Shown: positions 24,425 to 38,760, counted from the first letter of the stretch. The stretch: 64,000 nucleotides of DNA from the human T2T-CHM13v2.0 reference genome, Homo sapiens (GCF_009914755.1 NC_060947.1); one strand, 5' to 3'. Numbers and translations are program-made. Notes: a model not told the origin generated them from the letters alone.

Positions 24425-25715
24425 TAATTTTTAAATTAAAAGACTTTATTTTTAAAAGCAGTTTGAGGTTTACAGAAAAACTGAGCAGAAAGTACAGTCT
24501 CTATATACCCCCTACTCCCTGCCCCCAGTTTTCCCTGTTATTAACATTTGTGTTAATGTGGCATATTTGTTACAATCAGTGAATCAATATTGATAAATTA
24601 AAGTCCATATGTTAGTGTTCACTCTGTGTGTTATACAGTTCTATGGGTTTTGCCAAATGTATTAATATGTCATGTATCCATCATTACAGTATCATCCAGC
24701 ATAATTTCACTGTCCTGAAAATGCCCTGTGCTCCACTTATTCATCTTTTCCCCACTTGCTATCACCACACCAAAGCCCTCACAACCACTTATCTTTTTAA
24801 TATATCTATAGTTTTGCCTTTTGCAGAACATCATATCATTAGAATCACAATAATATGTGGCTTTTCAGACTGGTTTCTTTCACTCAGCAACATGCAGTTA
24901 AGGGTCTTCCGGGTCTTTTGTGGCTTGACAGCTCATTTCTTTTTATCACTGAATAATATTGCATTGTATAGATATACCACAGTTTTTTTTAAATTTACTC
25001 ATCATTAAAGGACATCTTGATTACTTCTAATTTCTGGCAATAATGAATAAAGTTGATACAAAAACTTTTGTGTAGGATTTTGTGTGGACATATGTTTTCA
25101 ACTCATTGAGGTAAATGCCTAAGGCATATTTAGTTTTGTAAGAAACTGCTAAACTATCTTCCAAAGTATCTGTACCATTTTGCATTCCCACCAGCTATGA
25201 AAGAGTTTCTGTTCTACATCTTCACAAACATTGGTGTTATCAGTGTTTTGGATTTTAGCCATTCTAATTGGTGTGGAGTGGTATCTCATTGTTGTTTTAA
25301 TTTTGCAATTCCCTAATGACATATATGTTGAGCATCTTTTCATATGCATATTTACCATCTGTATATCTTCTTTGGGCATATGTCCATTCAGATCTTTTGC
25401 ACATCTTTTCATTGGGTTGCTCATTTTCTTATTGAGTTTTAAGAGTTCTTCATATATTTTTGATAACAGTCCTTTATCAGATATGTCTTCTGCAAATATT
25501 TTCTCCCAGTCTTTGTCGTGTCTTTTCATTTACTTAACAGTGTCTTTCATAAAACAGAAGGTTTTAACTTTGATGAAGTCTAACTTGCCAATTTTTTCTT
25601 TCATGGATTGTGCTTTGTGTGTTGTATCTAAAAACTCATTGCCAAACACAAGGTCACCTCTATGTTCTCCTATGTTATCTTCTAGAAGCTTTGTAGTTTT
25701 CTGTTTTACATTTAT
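24425..25715 (-). mobile_element. L1MC-type 3' end
   Basis: ORF2 C-terminal peptide (ORF 25149..25529) and an old 3' UTR. Confidence 0.8.
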
Positions 25716-26010
25716 AGGGGCTGTGAGAAGGTGACAGAGGTTACATGAGGTAATAAGGATAGGGCCTTAGTTGAATAAGGCTAGTGCCCTTATAAGAGGA
25801 AGAGACGCCAGTTTTCTCTCTCTCTACCATACGAAGACACAGCAAGAAAGTGGCCATCTACAAGTCAAGAAGTGGGCCATCACCAGAAACCAAATTACTG
25901 GCACCTTGATCTTAAACTTCCCAGCTTCCAAAACTGTGAGAAATAAATTTCTGCTGTTTAAGCCATGCAACCTACAGTATAAGTTATAGCAGCCCAAGCA
26001 GACTAAGACA
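25716..26010 (+). mobile_element. MST (MaLR) LTR, 3' part
   Basis: GCCCTTATAAGAGGAAGAGAC...TGTGAGAAATAAATTTCTGCTGTTTAAGCCA...GACTAAGACA. Confidence 0.8.
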
Positions 26011-27099
26011 GAACCCTTAGCATATTAATCATAGTTACTTTAAATCTCTGGTCCCATAATTCCAAAATATCTGCCACATCTGAGTCTGGTTCTAGTGCTT
26101 GCTTTGTTTCTTCAAGACTGTGGTTTTTTTTCTCTTTTTAGCATATCTTATAATTTTTCTGTTCAAAGCAAGGCATGATGTACTGGGTAAAGGGAACTGA
26201 ACTGAGGTAGATAGGTGTTTAGAATGAAATTTAGAGGCAACTTAAGAAAGTACTCAAAAAACAAAATTATGGGAGCATGCTAAATGGACACAGGAGCCAG
26301 CCTGAAAGAGCTTGCAATGGACAAAGTTGGAACAATTTGAGCAACAAAATAAGTTATTCTTCCTTATAGAGGAATTCTAAATAATTTATATAGATACTTG
26401 CCTTCCAGGAAGTGGCACTTAATCCCCGTCAAACCCTCATAAGTGTGGGCTGGACTTGGTAACTTCCTTCCAAAAAATAGAGTATGGAAAAGGGGTGAAG
26501 TAACTTCATAGTGGAAAAACCTGGCAAACACTACCTTGGTTAGCTGAGCAAAGCCTTGATATGGTGTGATGAGAATGGAATATTACCTTTGTGATCTTTC
26601 TCTCAAACACTTATAATCCCATTCTAATCATGAGGAAAGCGTAAGACAAATCCCAATTGAGGGACATTCTACAAAATACCTGAGGAGTACTCCTCAATAG
26701 GTCATCAAAACAAGTCTTAGAAACTGTCACAGTCAAGAAGAAACTAAGGAAAAATGACAACTAAATGCAATGTGGTATCATGGACTGGCTCCTAGAACAG
26801 AAAAAGTCAGTATATAAAAACTAAGAAAATCTGAATAAAGTATGGACTTTAGTGATAATAATGTATCAATATTGGTTTATTACTTGTAGCAAATGTACCA
26901 TACTAATCTAAGATGATAATAAAAACAATAACTCTGTGTAGGGCCAAAGGGAGGGAAGTGGGCTGATACGGGAAGTCTCCGCACTATCTTAGCAACTTTT
27001 TGACAAATCTAAAATTACTCCAAGATACTAAGCTTCTTTTTTAAAAAAAATCACAAAACCTGAAAAATTTTAAAGAAATAAAAATTTAAAAATTAAAAA

Positions 27100-27194
27100 G
27101 AGTCAAATCCCAGCTGTATTTTTATTAATTATGTAATATTGTACAAGTCACTCTCTGAGCTTTGGTGTCCCTGTTTATAAAAGTGATAGAATAC
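27100..27194 (+). mobile_element. MIR, 5' half
   Basis: TCAAATCCCAGCT...CAAGTCACTCTCTGAGC...CCTGTTTATAAAAGTGATA. Confidence 0.7.
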
Positions 27195-27260
27195 ATTTTT
27201 GAGTGACATCTGAAAGATAGCAGAGTAGGAAGCTCCAGGCCCTCCTTTCCCCATGTAATC

Positions 27261-27841
27261 TGTGAAAGGAAATTCAATTTCGGGACGCCAAACTCATTTA
27301 GCGAAAGGGAAAAGTCAAAGTGGGAACTGGGTCATGCAAACCTGCCTCCCACTTTTGGGTCCTCAATAAGATGGCTACAAGATGAAAAGCTACATGCCTC
27401 CGCCATATTTTGCCCACAAGGAAATTCCTAGTGAGTTGTTAAAATTTCACCGTAGCAATGCAAATTGATAGCTTATCTTTACAGGTGCAGTCGCCCCCGG
27501 CGCACTAGACATAAATGCACATCTGAGTGTTCCCCTGCCCCATTTTGTCCATGTTATCTTATGTAAAATGCATATTCCCCACATTTTTCCTCTGCCTCTT
27601 TTATGTCATCTTATTAATGCAGATTCCCTGAGCCAGACAAAGGCATGAATGACTATTTTTCCCTACCCTCCTCTTACATGAAAATTGTGTACTTCTCAGT
27701 ATCGCACCCTTTCCCCTTTAAATTTTGAGCCCTCAAAATCATCTTCGGAGACAGGCATAGACCTGTCTCCTGAGTGCATCCTTAACTTTGGCAAATAAAT
27801 CCCCTAAAATGATTGAGACTTGTCATTTTTCTCAATTGACA
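27261..27841 (+). repeat. 5' LTR
   Basis: TGTGAAAGGAAATT...CTCAATTGACA, matching the 3' copy. Confidence 0.93.
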
Positions 27842-27843
27842 TC

Positions 27844-27861
27844 TGGTAACCACGAAGGGAT
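27844..27861 (+). promoter_or_regulatory. Primer-binding site for tRNA-Arg(TCG)
   Basis: TGGTAACCACGAAGGGAT is complementary to the recalled 3' end ...ATCCCTTCGTGGTTACCA of a human tRNA-Arg-TCG. Confidence 0.8.
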
Positions 27862-28334
27862 CCTGAGTGAAAGTGACCCAGCCTGCAGTAGCTCACCTCT
27901 CAGTGCTTGGCACCGGCTTGGTCACCTTATAGCCCAAACTGAGAGGACAATTTGCCAAAGTCGAGGACCTCTTTCCAGGGATCTCTGATCTTCCAACATT
28001 TTCCAGTTGGGGGTCTGAAGTTTATTTGCTGTTAAAAACAAAACAAAACAACAAAAACAACAAAAATTCCTTTTTTTGTAGGCGTTTCCACTCACTTCCA
28101 TCAAGGAAGGCGAGCCTGTCTGCTTCTGCATATGCAGAGAGCAATCTTCAGCTTGGGCCCCCATCACTAGGTAAGAAACTGGTTTGGAATTCTGTCTTGC
28201 AAATTCTTTTAAACGACTAGAATTAGCACTAACAACCAGCTGGTGTTAATTTCCTGCTTACCCTTAGAGCGCTCAGAAATCATATAATTTGCGTGATCAT
28301 TGTTAGTTTTGTTTAATTGTTTTGTTTCTGGGTT

Positions 28335-28410
<76 letters not shown>

Positions 28411-28420
28411 TGTGTGTGTG
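28335..28420. repeat. (TG)n microsatellite, interrupted
   Basis: Visible array. Confidence 0.97.
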
Positions 28421-29142
28421 TTTTGGTCCTTTCCCCTATCGGATTTGACCAATTCTGAACCTTCAAGCTCATGAGTGTGAAATTTTCCACTCTGAAGAAA
28501 CAGAACACATTGCTCCCCTCAGCCCTTTGGGGCATTCTCAGGCGACTGAGAATCACATGAGGGTTTCTGGGAGAAATGCTCCCTAAGACATGCAGCAGCT
28601 CTAAATAGGTTTCCCCCTCAAAAGAACATACTTAGGGTCTAATCTCAGCCAGCAGATGCATATAAGGAACTGACCCCTCCCAAACTTTGAGCCCCTGACA
28701 CACTGTGCCAGGTGGCCACAACGCTGGTGGGCCAAACTGGTTCAGGGTGTAATGGCCCTGTGAAAAGCTAGGTTTGCAAGCAGCACATTTTGGGTCCAAC
28801 ACACATCCCAACTTGGTCAAATCCAAAGGGGAACTCTAAATTATAGAGAACAAGGCCTCTAAGACCCCAGCAGTTGCAGAATATAAAGTTCCCCTCTTAG
28901 AAACTCCAGCAGGGTATATGCAAAATACTTATGGTGAATCATCATGCAAATATTTAACCAAGCGGACCACTATAACTAAAGCAGATTCTAAGTTACAATG
29001 GCCTAAATGGGGATCTTTTGAGATGCCCAAATTAGTGTACCTGTGAACCAGGATGGAGAATGCAGACACAAAAACTAAACAACCAGAATGGGACAGCTAT
29101 TTTCAGTGGTAGCTGCAAAGTAGCAAAAGTGGGGAAGACCAC

Positions 29143-29312
29143 TGTCACGCGTGTCTGGGTGAAGTGACCACCAAACAGGCTTTGTGTGTGCAACAAGGCT
29201 GTTTATTTCACCTGGGTGCAGGTGGGCTGAGTCCGAAAAAGATGTCAGCAAAGGGAGTTAGGGGTGGGGCAGTTTTATAGGATTTGAGTAGGTAGTGTCA
29301 GGAGGCCCGACA
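29143..29312 (-). repeat. HERV-H 3' LTR with U3 deletion
   Basis: Matches 34029-34183 and then jumps to 34378-34391. Confidence 0.92.
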
Positions 29313-32300
29313 CTCCTGTCTTCTTATATTAATAAGAAAAACAAAACAAGATAGTGGCGAAGTGTTGGGGTGGCAAAAATTTTGGGGGGTGGTATAGAGA
29401 GATAATGGGCAATGTTTCTCAGGGCTGCTTCGAGCAGGATTAGGGGCAGCGTGGGAACCTAGAGTGGGAGAGATTAAGCTGAAGGAAGATTTTGTGGTAA
29501 GGGGTGATATTGTGGGGTTGTTAGAAGCAATATTTGTTGTACAGAATGATTGGTGATGGCCTGGATACAGTTTTGTATGAATTGAGAAACTAAACAGAAG
29601 ACACAAGGTCCGAATAAGAGAAGGAGAAAAACAGGTATTAAAGGACTAAGAATTGGGAGGACCCAGGACATCTAATTAGAGTGCCTAAGGGGGTTCAGCG
29701 TGATTATTGCTTGGTTGGTCAGTTTTGGGGCTCTATCCTTGAGTTTTTTTATGTTGTCACATACCAGGCCAGATTGATTTAGGTGAAAACAACACTCTTC
29801 ATTTAAAAATATAGAGTCCCCTTTTTTTAAGCAGTGAGTAAGCGGAAGTCTCGGTGATTTTGGAGGAAATAGAAATGCAAAGCCAGCAATTGTTTGTTAA
29901 AGAAGGATTAGAAACGGCTAGGAGAGAGTGAGATTGATAGTGTGGTGGAGATAGCTGGGGAGAGGTAGAGGGTGGCATAAGAATGGGAACGAGAATAAGA
30001 GTGAGTATAAAAGTAAAGAATAGGACTTCATCAGGGTGAAAGTACCGGACTGTGCCTTGCCACTGAAGATCTTTTATCCACTTCAAGAGAGATTTAAGGG
30101 TGGTGGTTTGAGATAAAACCAGGAGATACCAGTTATGATGGTTTGGAGGAAAAGTGTAAACTGGGAGTGTAAACAAGGGCAGGGCATTTATGAGTAGTTG
30201 AGAATGGTGAATAGGAGTATGACTAGACAGAAGATAGTAGGGATGACAAGTTTTTGGGGTGCAGTCCAAGTTGGGCTGGTGTCTGGAATGAGACTGGGGC
30301 CTAATAAAAAGGAGTGTCCATACAGGAGCTCAAATGGGCTGTACCCTGTAGCATCCCGAGGACAGGCCCAAATTCTGAGAAGGGCAAGTGGTAAAAGTAT
30401 TGTCCAGTCCTTTTTAAGTTGGAGGCTGAGCTTGGTGAGGTGTGTTTTTAAAAGACCATTAGTCCATTTTACCTTTCCTGAAGATTGAGGATGGGAAGGG
30501 GTATGAAGGTTCCACTGAATACCAGGAGCCTGAGAAACTGCTTGGGTGATTTGACTAATAAAGGCCGGTCCGTTATCAGACTGTATAGAGGTGGGAAGGC
30601 CAAACCGAGGAATTGTGTCTGACAGAAGGGAAGAAATGACCACAGTGGACTTCTCAGACCCTGTGGGAAATGTCTCTACCCATCCAGTGAAAGTGTCTAC
30701 CCAGACCAAGAGGTATTTTAGTTTCCTGACTCAGGGCATGTGAGTAAAGTCAATTTGCCAGTCCTGGGCAGGGGCAAATCCCTGAGCTTGATGTGTAGGG
30801 AAGGGAGGGGGCCTGAACAATCCCTGAGAAGTAGTAGAATAGCAGATGGAACACTGAGAAGTGATTTCCTTGAGGATAGAGTTCCACGATAGAAAGGAAA
30901 TGAGAGGTTCTAAGAGGCGGGCTAGCAGCTTGTAACCTACATGGAAGAAGTTATGAAATGATGACAGAATAGAATGGGCCTGTAAGGCTGGAAGGAAATA
31001 TTTTCCTTGGTCCAAGAACCATTTGCCTTGTGTGGGAAGAGATTGATAGGTGGAAGTTTCAGCGGGGGAGTAGGTGGGAGTGACCAATGAAAAGGAGAAA
31101 AACTGGCAGTGAGGGACAGAAGTTGGAATGCTAGCTGCTTTTTTAGTTATCTTATTAGCATAAGTGTTGCCTTGAGCGATGGGATCTGATGCCTTTTGAT
31201 GGCCCTTGCAGTGAATGACTAGCTTTTTTGGAAGTAGAGCAGCTTTAAGAAGAGTTTTTATTAAGGAGGCATTAATTATGGAGGACCTTTGTGTAGTGGG
31301 GAAACTTTTTTCTGCTCATATAACAGCATGGTGGTGCAGGATATGGAAGGCATATTTAAAGTCAGTATAAATATTAACACATAGTCCCTTTGCAAGAGTG
31401 AGGGCCTGAGTTAAGGCAATGAGTTTGGCTTGCTGAGAGGTAGTGGAGGGGGGCAGAGCAGTAGCCTCAAGGATAGATGTGGAAGACACTATAGCTTAGC
31501 CTGCCTTTGCCAGTGATTGGCGATTAGGCCTGGTGGAACTGCCATCAAGTGTGATCAGGGTGAAGAACAGGAAAGAAGGAAATATGGGGAAATGGAGTGA
31601 ATGCCAGGTGGATCAGAGAGATACAGTCATGGGGGTCAGATGTGGTATCAGGAATAATGTGGGAGGCCGGATTGAAGTCCAGGCCAGGAACAACGGTAAC
31701 TGTGGGAGACTCAAGAAAGAGTAAGTACAGCTGAAGGAGCCAGGGGGCAGGAAGTGTGAGGAGGAAAATAGATTTTGAAAGTTATGGGAACTGTAGAGGG
31801 TTAGTGGAGCATAGCTTGTGATTTTTAGGGCCTCTAAAAGTATTAAAGCGGCAGCAATGAGGTGTGGCTGTAGCCTAGGAATAGTCAGGGAAGCGGATAA
31901 TTTAGTTAAAATGTCTCAATCTAATAAGGGAGCTGGGCAGGTGGGGATAACTAAAAAAGAGTGCATAAAAGAATGTTGTCCAAGTTGGCACCAGAGTTGG
32001 GGAGTTTTAAGGGGTTTAGAAGCCTTGCTGTCAATACCCACAACAGTTATGGAGGCAAGGGAAACAGTCCCTTAAAAAGAAGGTAATGTGGAGTGGGTAG
32101 CCTCCATATTGATTAAGAAGGGGACGGACTTACCCTCCACTGTAAGAGTTACCCAAAGTGTCTGTGATGGTCCAGGAGGTTTCCGAGGCGATTAGGCAGT
32201 GTCAGTCTTCAACTGCTAAGCCACGAATATCTGGGAAGGAGTCAGTCAGAGAGCCTTGGGCCAGAGTTCCAGGGGATCTGGGAGTGGCTGCCAGGCGAGT

Positions 32301-34028
32301 TGGACAGTCCAATTTCCAGTGGGGTCCCGCACAGATGGGACATGGCTTAGGAGGAATCCCGGGCTGCGGGCATTCCTTGGCCCAGTGGCCAGATTTCCGG
32401 CACTTGAAGCAAGATCCTGGGGGTGGCAGTCCTGGAGGAACGCCTGGCTGCTGCAGTTCAGGTGTTTTGAAGTTCTTGTGTGCTGGAGATGTGGCTGGGG
32501 TTTCTCTCACAGTGGAGGCAAGTAATTGCAACTCAGAAATACGTTGCTACTTGGCTGCCTCTACTCCATTATTGTCCACATTGAAGGAGAGGTTAATTAA
32601 GTCCTGTTGTGGGGTTTGAGGGCCGGAATCTAATTTTTGGAGCTTTTTCTAATGTCAGGAGCAGGTTGGGTAATAAAATGCATATTGAGAATAAGATGGC
32701 TTTCTGGCCCTTCTGGGTCTAGGGCAGTAAAGCATCTAAGGGTTGTTGCCAAACGGGACATGAACTAGGCTGGATTTTTATATTTGATGAAAAAGAGCCT
32801 AACCACTAACTGATTTGGGAGAGGTCAGATAAAGAAAAAGGAGAATTAACCTTGGCTATGCCTTCAGCTCCAGCCACCTCTTTAAGAGGAAATTGTTGGG
32901 CAGGTCGGGGAGGGCTAGTCACAGAACAAAACTATAAGCTGGACCAGGTGTGAGGAGGGGAGGTGATAAAAGGATTATAGGGTGGGAGAGCAGAGGCTGA
33001 GGAAGAATTGGGACCTGGCTCGGCGTGGCAAGGAGCAGCCTGGGGAGGAGGGGAGAGGTCAGATAGGTCCGTAGAAAAGGAGGATTCAAAGGACTCAGAG
33101 CTTGGGATGGAGACTGAAGGAACAGGAGAGAAAGAAGAAAGATTTGGGACAAGTCGCACTGGGAGCAGAGACTAAGGAGGGATCAATGTGTAAAAGAATG
33201 CCTGGACGTCAGGCACCTCAGACCCATTTGCCCATTTTTTGACCAAAATCATCCAGGTCTTGTAAAATGGAGAAATCAAAAGTGCCGTTTTCTGGCTATT
33301 TAGAACCATTATTGAGTTTGTATTGGGGCCAAGCAGTGTTGCAGAAGAAAATAAGACGCTTAGGTTTTAGGTCAGGCGAGAGTTGAAGAGGTTTTAAGTT
33401 TTTGAGAACACAGGCTAAGGGATAAGAAGAGGGAATGGAGGGTGGAAGGTTGCCCATAGTGAAGAAGGCAAGCCCCGAGAAAATAGAGGGTAGAGACATG
33501 GAGAAGGGGGGTGGTGAGCAGCCCTGGGCTGCAATGTGGGCGAGCAGCCACAGCCAAAGCAGGCGTCCCTGCAATTGACTTGCCACCAAGGGAATGTGGG
33601 TGAATGACCAAGGTAGGCATCCCTGCGGTGATCAGACACCAATGGAGTGTGGGTGAATAATCAGGCAGGTGTCCCCGCAGTGATTAAACACCAAGGGAAG
33701 ACTGTCTTCCTGAGTTCATGACTGGCGCCGGAGTTTTGGGTCCATGGATAAAATGTGTCTCCTTTGTCTCTACTAGAGAGGAAAAAGAACTAGAATTGGA
33801 AGGACAGAGAGATTGAAGGGTAGCGAGAGAGGGAGACTGAAGGGTGGCAAGAGAGGCTGGAGAAGAGAGTAAAAAGACCACTTACCCGATTTGAAATTGG
33901 TGAGATGTTCCTTGGGCTGGTTGGTCTGAGGACCCGAGGTCATAGGTGGATCTCCTCATGGAGTGAGGGCGAGGACAGGGGACTGGTCTCCCAAAGGAGT
34001 CCTCCTGTCCCGGGTCTTCGGCACCAAA

Positions 34029-34391
34029 TGTCACACTCGTCCGTGTGAAGAGACCACCAAACAGGCTTTGTGTGAGCAACAAGGCTGTTTATTTCACCTG
34101 GGCGCAGTTGGGCTGAGTCCGAAAAAGGAGTCAGCAAAGGGAGTTAGGGGTGGGGCAGTTTTATAGGATTTAGGTAGGTAGTGGAAAATTACAGTCAAAG
34201 GGGGTTGTTCTCTTGCGGGCAGGGGCTGGGGTCACAAGGTGCTCGGTGGGGGAGCTTCTGAGCTAGGACATTTCACAAGGTAATGTAATCAGTTAAGGCA
34301 GGAACAGGCCATTTTCACTTCTTTTGTGATTCTTCAGTTGCTTCAGGCCATCTGGATATATACGTGCAGGCTTGGGCTCAGAGGCCTGACA
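34029..34391 (-). repeat. HERV-H 5' LTR
   Basis: TGTCAGGCCTCTGAGCCCAAGC start; GC/GT box, TATA and AATAAA on the minus strand. Confidence 0.95.
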
Positions 34392-37300
34392 ACCACCTCA
34401 TCTCCCTACAGGAGGCCAACAAACAACTTAGAAATGCTAACCAAGAACTCTGTAATCTTGTATCTCTCTTAAAGAAATCCTCAGAATTCCTTACTTCCCC
34501 CTTGGTACCTCCCCCTACACCCCTACTCTACCCTGACCAATCTGAACTTCCTGGACCAGATCTGTCCGCCGCCTCTACTGCATGTCTAACACTTGCTCAA
34601 CAGAAGGCAGTTCAGAGTCTGACTGCAAAGACCCCACCCCCTCATGATTCCCTGACAGCTCCAATGGCAACATCTCATCTGGAAGATGTGGAAAAGGGGG
34701 ACCGTGCAGGGATATCTCTCATGATCACCCTATTTTGGGAACAACTGCTAACAGGTAGGGGAACCCTGGTAATTGTCTACCAACACCCTGGTCAAAGGCT
34801 GAATTCCAAGGCATAAAGAATTTCCTGACCCCCATAAAGATCCAATTGGGTTTGAGTATTTGAGCTCATTGTCAGAACCTATGACCCAGGTCATTCAGAC
34901 TTTTATCAGCTAGTCCACATGTTGGTCTCAGAAGCTAAAGCTAAGGAATGGCTGGGAAAAGCACAATGGTCAGACTCTATAGCAGATTTGACCCCTGAAG
35001 GCCCAATGGAGCCACAACAACCAGCCCCCACAAATCCAGAAGACAGGCACAAAGATGTGCAGGAATGAGCAACCACTCTATTAAATATCATTCCTTCAGT
35101 GTTCCAAAGGGTTGTGGATTGGAATAAAATCCAACAATGTCACCAGAACCCAAATAAATTAGTTTTAGATTATTTAACACATTTTGATAAAACTTTAAAA
35201 CAACATTGTGGGATGTCAGCTGATTGCTTTGAAAACAATAAAAATGATACATTATTAAATGCAAATTTCTTAAACGGACTAGATGATGATTTAGCCACCC
35301 TTGTAAAACACAAATTGGACCACAGCCAGAACTAATGAACTAGTTAACTTAGCTGACCAATTATCCCGCACTATGATAAAACAAGGAAAAACAGAAGATT
35401 GCCCAAGTTATGCATTTACAGCTAAAGCAATTAACTTCTCAAGCCTCTCGGCCCCAGAAAGATTTTAAGCTCCCTCGGTCTGAGGACTCTTCCCTCCCAG
35501 TCTGTTACAACTGTAAATGACCGAGACACCTTATGATGGATTGCCTTAGGCTGAAACAAAAGAAAAGGCAGAATGCAACTCAGGAAGACAAGGGGTGCTC
35601 CAAGGAAATACAGGGGTTTCACCTCTCCAAATATTCTACCCTGACAAACCAATTGGGGGAGATTAATATAATAATAAACCATGAGTTTACAACTGCCTTA
35701 ACTGACATAGGTGTGACTATCTCTGAAAAATCCCACCTTATTTAGAAACCCCATTCCTCAGAGTAATGAAAGAATGAACATGGTGGGTATGTCTAATAAA
35801 ATGATCTCATGTTTTAAGTCCAAACCCGTACCTTAGGGTTCATCAGGTTCCACTACCCTGTCGCAGGCTCTAAGTGTGACACACTCAGTAGGTCCCATAT
35901 GTTTCTAATATGCACTGGGGCCCCTGTCAAACTTTTGGGCTGTGATCTCAACATCCATAATGCCCATATCTCTTTTTCATCAAAAGGTGAAACTTTTTTA
36001 GAATTGGAGCCAGGAGACCAAAAATACCATATTTAAAAATGTCCTGACAACGTACAATTTAGTACTAGTAATGTTAAAATGTCATCTTGTGACCAGGAAA
36101 ATAAAATAGAGACAGAGAAGGAAATATTAGGGAAGAAGAGAGAACATTGGAATACAGAGCAGGAAACAGTAAAACTCCTTTTAGTTTCCCCAGTCTTCCT
36201 GTTAACACCAGAAGCAGAGCACTTGCTCAAGGATGTGTCCTCCCACTTATAGTCTCAGTCAAATACAGATACAGAGAAAGTATTCTCAGCCATTCCAATA
36301 AAGGTAGAGATAAATCCAAAGAAACCCCTATCCAACCTTAAACACTATCCTCTGCAAAAGGAAGCCATAGATGGAATTGTTCCTGTCATACAAGATTATC
36401 TGAGAAACGGGCTCATTATTCCCTGCACAATCCCCTGAAACAGCCCTATATTCCCTGTAAAGAAACTAAGCGGGAGAGGATGGAAATTTGTGCAGGAATT
36501 GAGGGCAATAAACAATATCATAATTCTCAGGCACACAGTAGTCCCCAACCCACAAACCCTTCTATCACCTATATCCACTACCAGCCAGTATTTCTCAGTT
36601 GTGGATCTCTGCAGTGCCTTCTTTAGTATTCCTGTAGAACCAGACAGCCAATATTTGTTTGTCTTTATTTGGAAAGAATGGCAATATACGTGGACTGTAA
36701 TGCCCCAAAGGTATACAGAAAGTCCCACTTAGTGTTCCCAAATATTAGAAGCTGATTTGGAGAATTAAATATTTTCCCAGGGCTCAACATTCATCTACTC
36801 TCCTTTGTTCAGACACACTCTCTTCCTCTCAGGAAGATAGTCTATATTTACTCAAACAGCCACCAAGGGACACAAATGTCTAAAGACAAACTTCAGCTAT
36901 GCTTACCTGAAGTTAAGTATTTGGGACATATTATCTCAGCCAAAGGACTGAGTATTAACCCTGATAGAGTGAGGAATTTTAGCTTTCCCAATGCCCGTCA
37001 CTAAGAAACAACTTAGAGTATTTTGGGGCCTGGCAGGCTATTGTAGAAACTGGATACCAAATTTCTCCCTTATGGCTCAACTTCAGTGTACATACCTAAA
37101 AAATGAACAACCTGATCCCATCATGTGGACTCCGGAGGGACAATCAGCTGTACAACAAATAAAGGAAATTCTGACTAATGCCCCAGCCTTAGGGCACCCG
37201 AACTACAAATTGCCTTTCTCCCTTTTCATACACGAAGTTGGAGGTACTGCATCCGGAGTACTGACCCAGAAACATGGTGATCATCAGAGACCTATAGGCT

Positions 37301-38027
37301 ATTATAGCCAACAGCTGGACCCTGTGGCTCAAGGGCTGCCTCCCTATGTGAGAGCAATAGCAGCCACGGCCCTTCCGTATAAGTCTGTTGAAGAAATAAT
37401 TATAGGTTCCCCCCTTAACATTTTTGTGCCACATTCTCTTGAGACCCTTCTAAACTCTCATCATACACAACACCTGTCTGTCAACTGGTTAGCCTCTTAT
37501 GAAATTTTGCTTTTATCATCTCCCAATATTACTAGTTCCTGCTGTAATAATCTTAATCTGGCCACTCTCTTGCCAGGCCCTTCTGACAAAACCCCCTCAT
37601 GACTGTGTTTTGATGACTGACTTCTCACCCCCAGGACAGACCTACAAGAGATGCCACTGGATAATGCTGAGATAGAATGGTATACAGATGGATCTTATTT
37701 AAGAGGAGAGGATGGAAATTTTATAGCAGGATATGCTGTGGTTTCCTTACTAGAGGTAATTGAAGCCAATCCTCTCCCCCAAGCCAGATCAGCTCAAGTG
37801 ACCAAATTGGTTGCCCTGACTGAAGCTTGTCAATTGGCAAAAGACAAGGCTGCAAACATTTACACTGACAGCCACTATGCTTTTGGGGTTGCTCATGACT
37901 GGGATGTTATGGAAAGAGAGAGGATATTTAACCCCCTCAGGGCAACCCATAAAAAATGGACAAGTATCAGAGTTGTTAGAAGCTGTTCTAACACCAAAAC
38001 GCTTGGCAATTATAAAAATCCCAGGTT

Positions 38028-38424
<397 letters not shown>

Positions 38425-38760
38425 CTAAAAGAGCAGCATTCAAGCCATCAGCCCCAAGTTGGAAAATGGCCATAAAACCCAAAACACTTAAATACATGTT
38501 GAAAGAAACCCAGAGCATAGCTCCTACAAAAGAGAAATCTACTTGGAAACAGGCAGGGGGATACTTGTCTCCCAAAACTGAAATATGGTGTGGACCTAAT
38601 TATTCCATTCCAAGAAACCCATTATTCCAATGGAATGTCAGGTGTCCCTTATGAAATATGTTCATAATCTAACCCATTGGAATCCAGATAAAATAATATC
38701 CTGGTGTAAACAATATTACTGGAAACCATCCTTCACAGTGGCACAAAAAGTTTACTCTCA

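Larger units (their letters stand above)
29143..34391 (-). mobile_element. HERV-H provirus, deleted (env-less) type, with LTR7-family LTRs
   Basis: Perfect 5-bp TSD ACCAC (29138-29142, 34392-34396); zinc knuckles CFKCRKSGHWAKEC and CPICAGPHWKLDC; integrase IQSDNGPAF...PQSSGKV (30188..30709). Confidence 0.97.
28843..35600 (+). pseudogene. Host ERV gag, degenerate and split by HERV-H
   Basis: ATA GAG AAC AAG GCC TCT AAG (decayed MGNKASK); capsid-like VDWNKIQQCHQNPN...NFLNGL (ORF 35099..35335). Confidence 0.75.
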
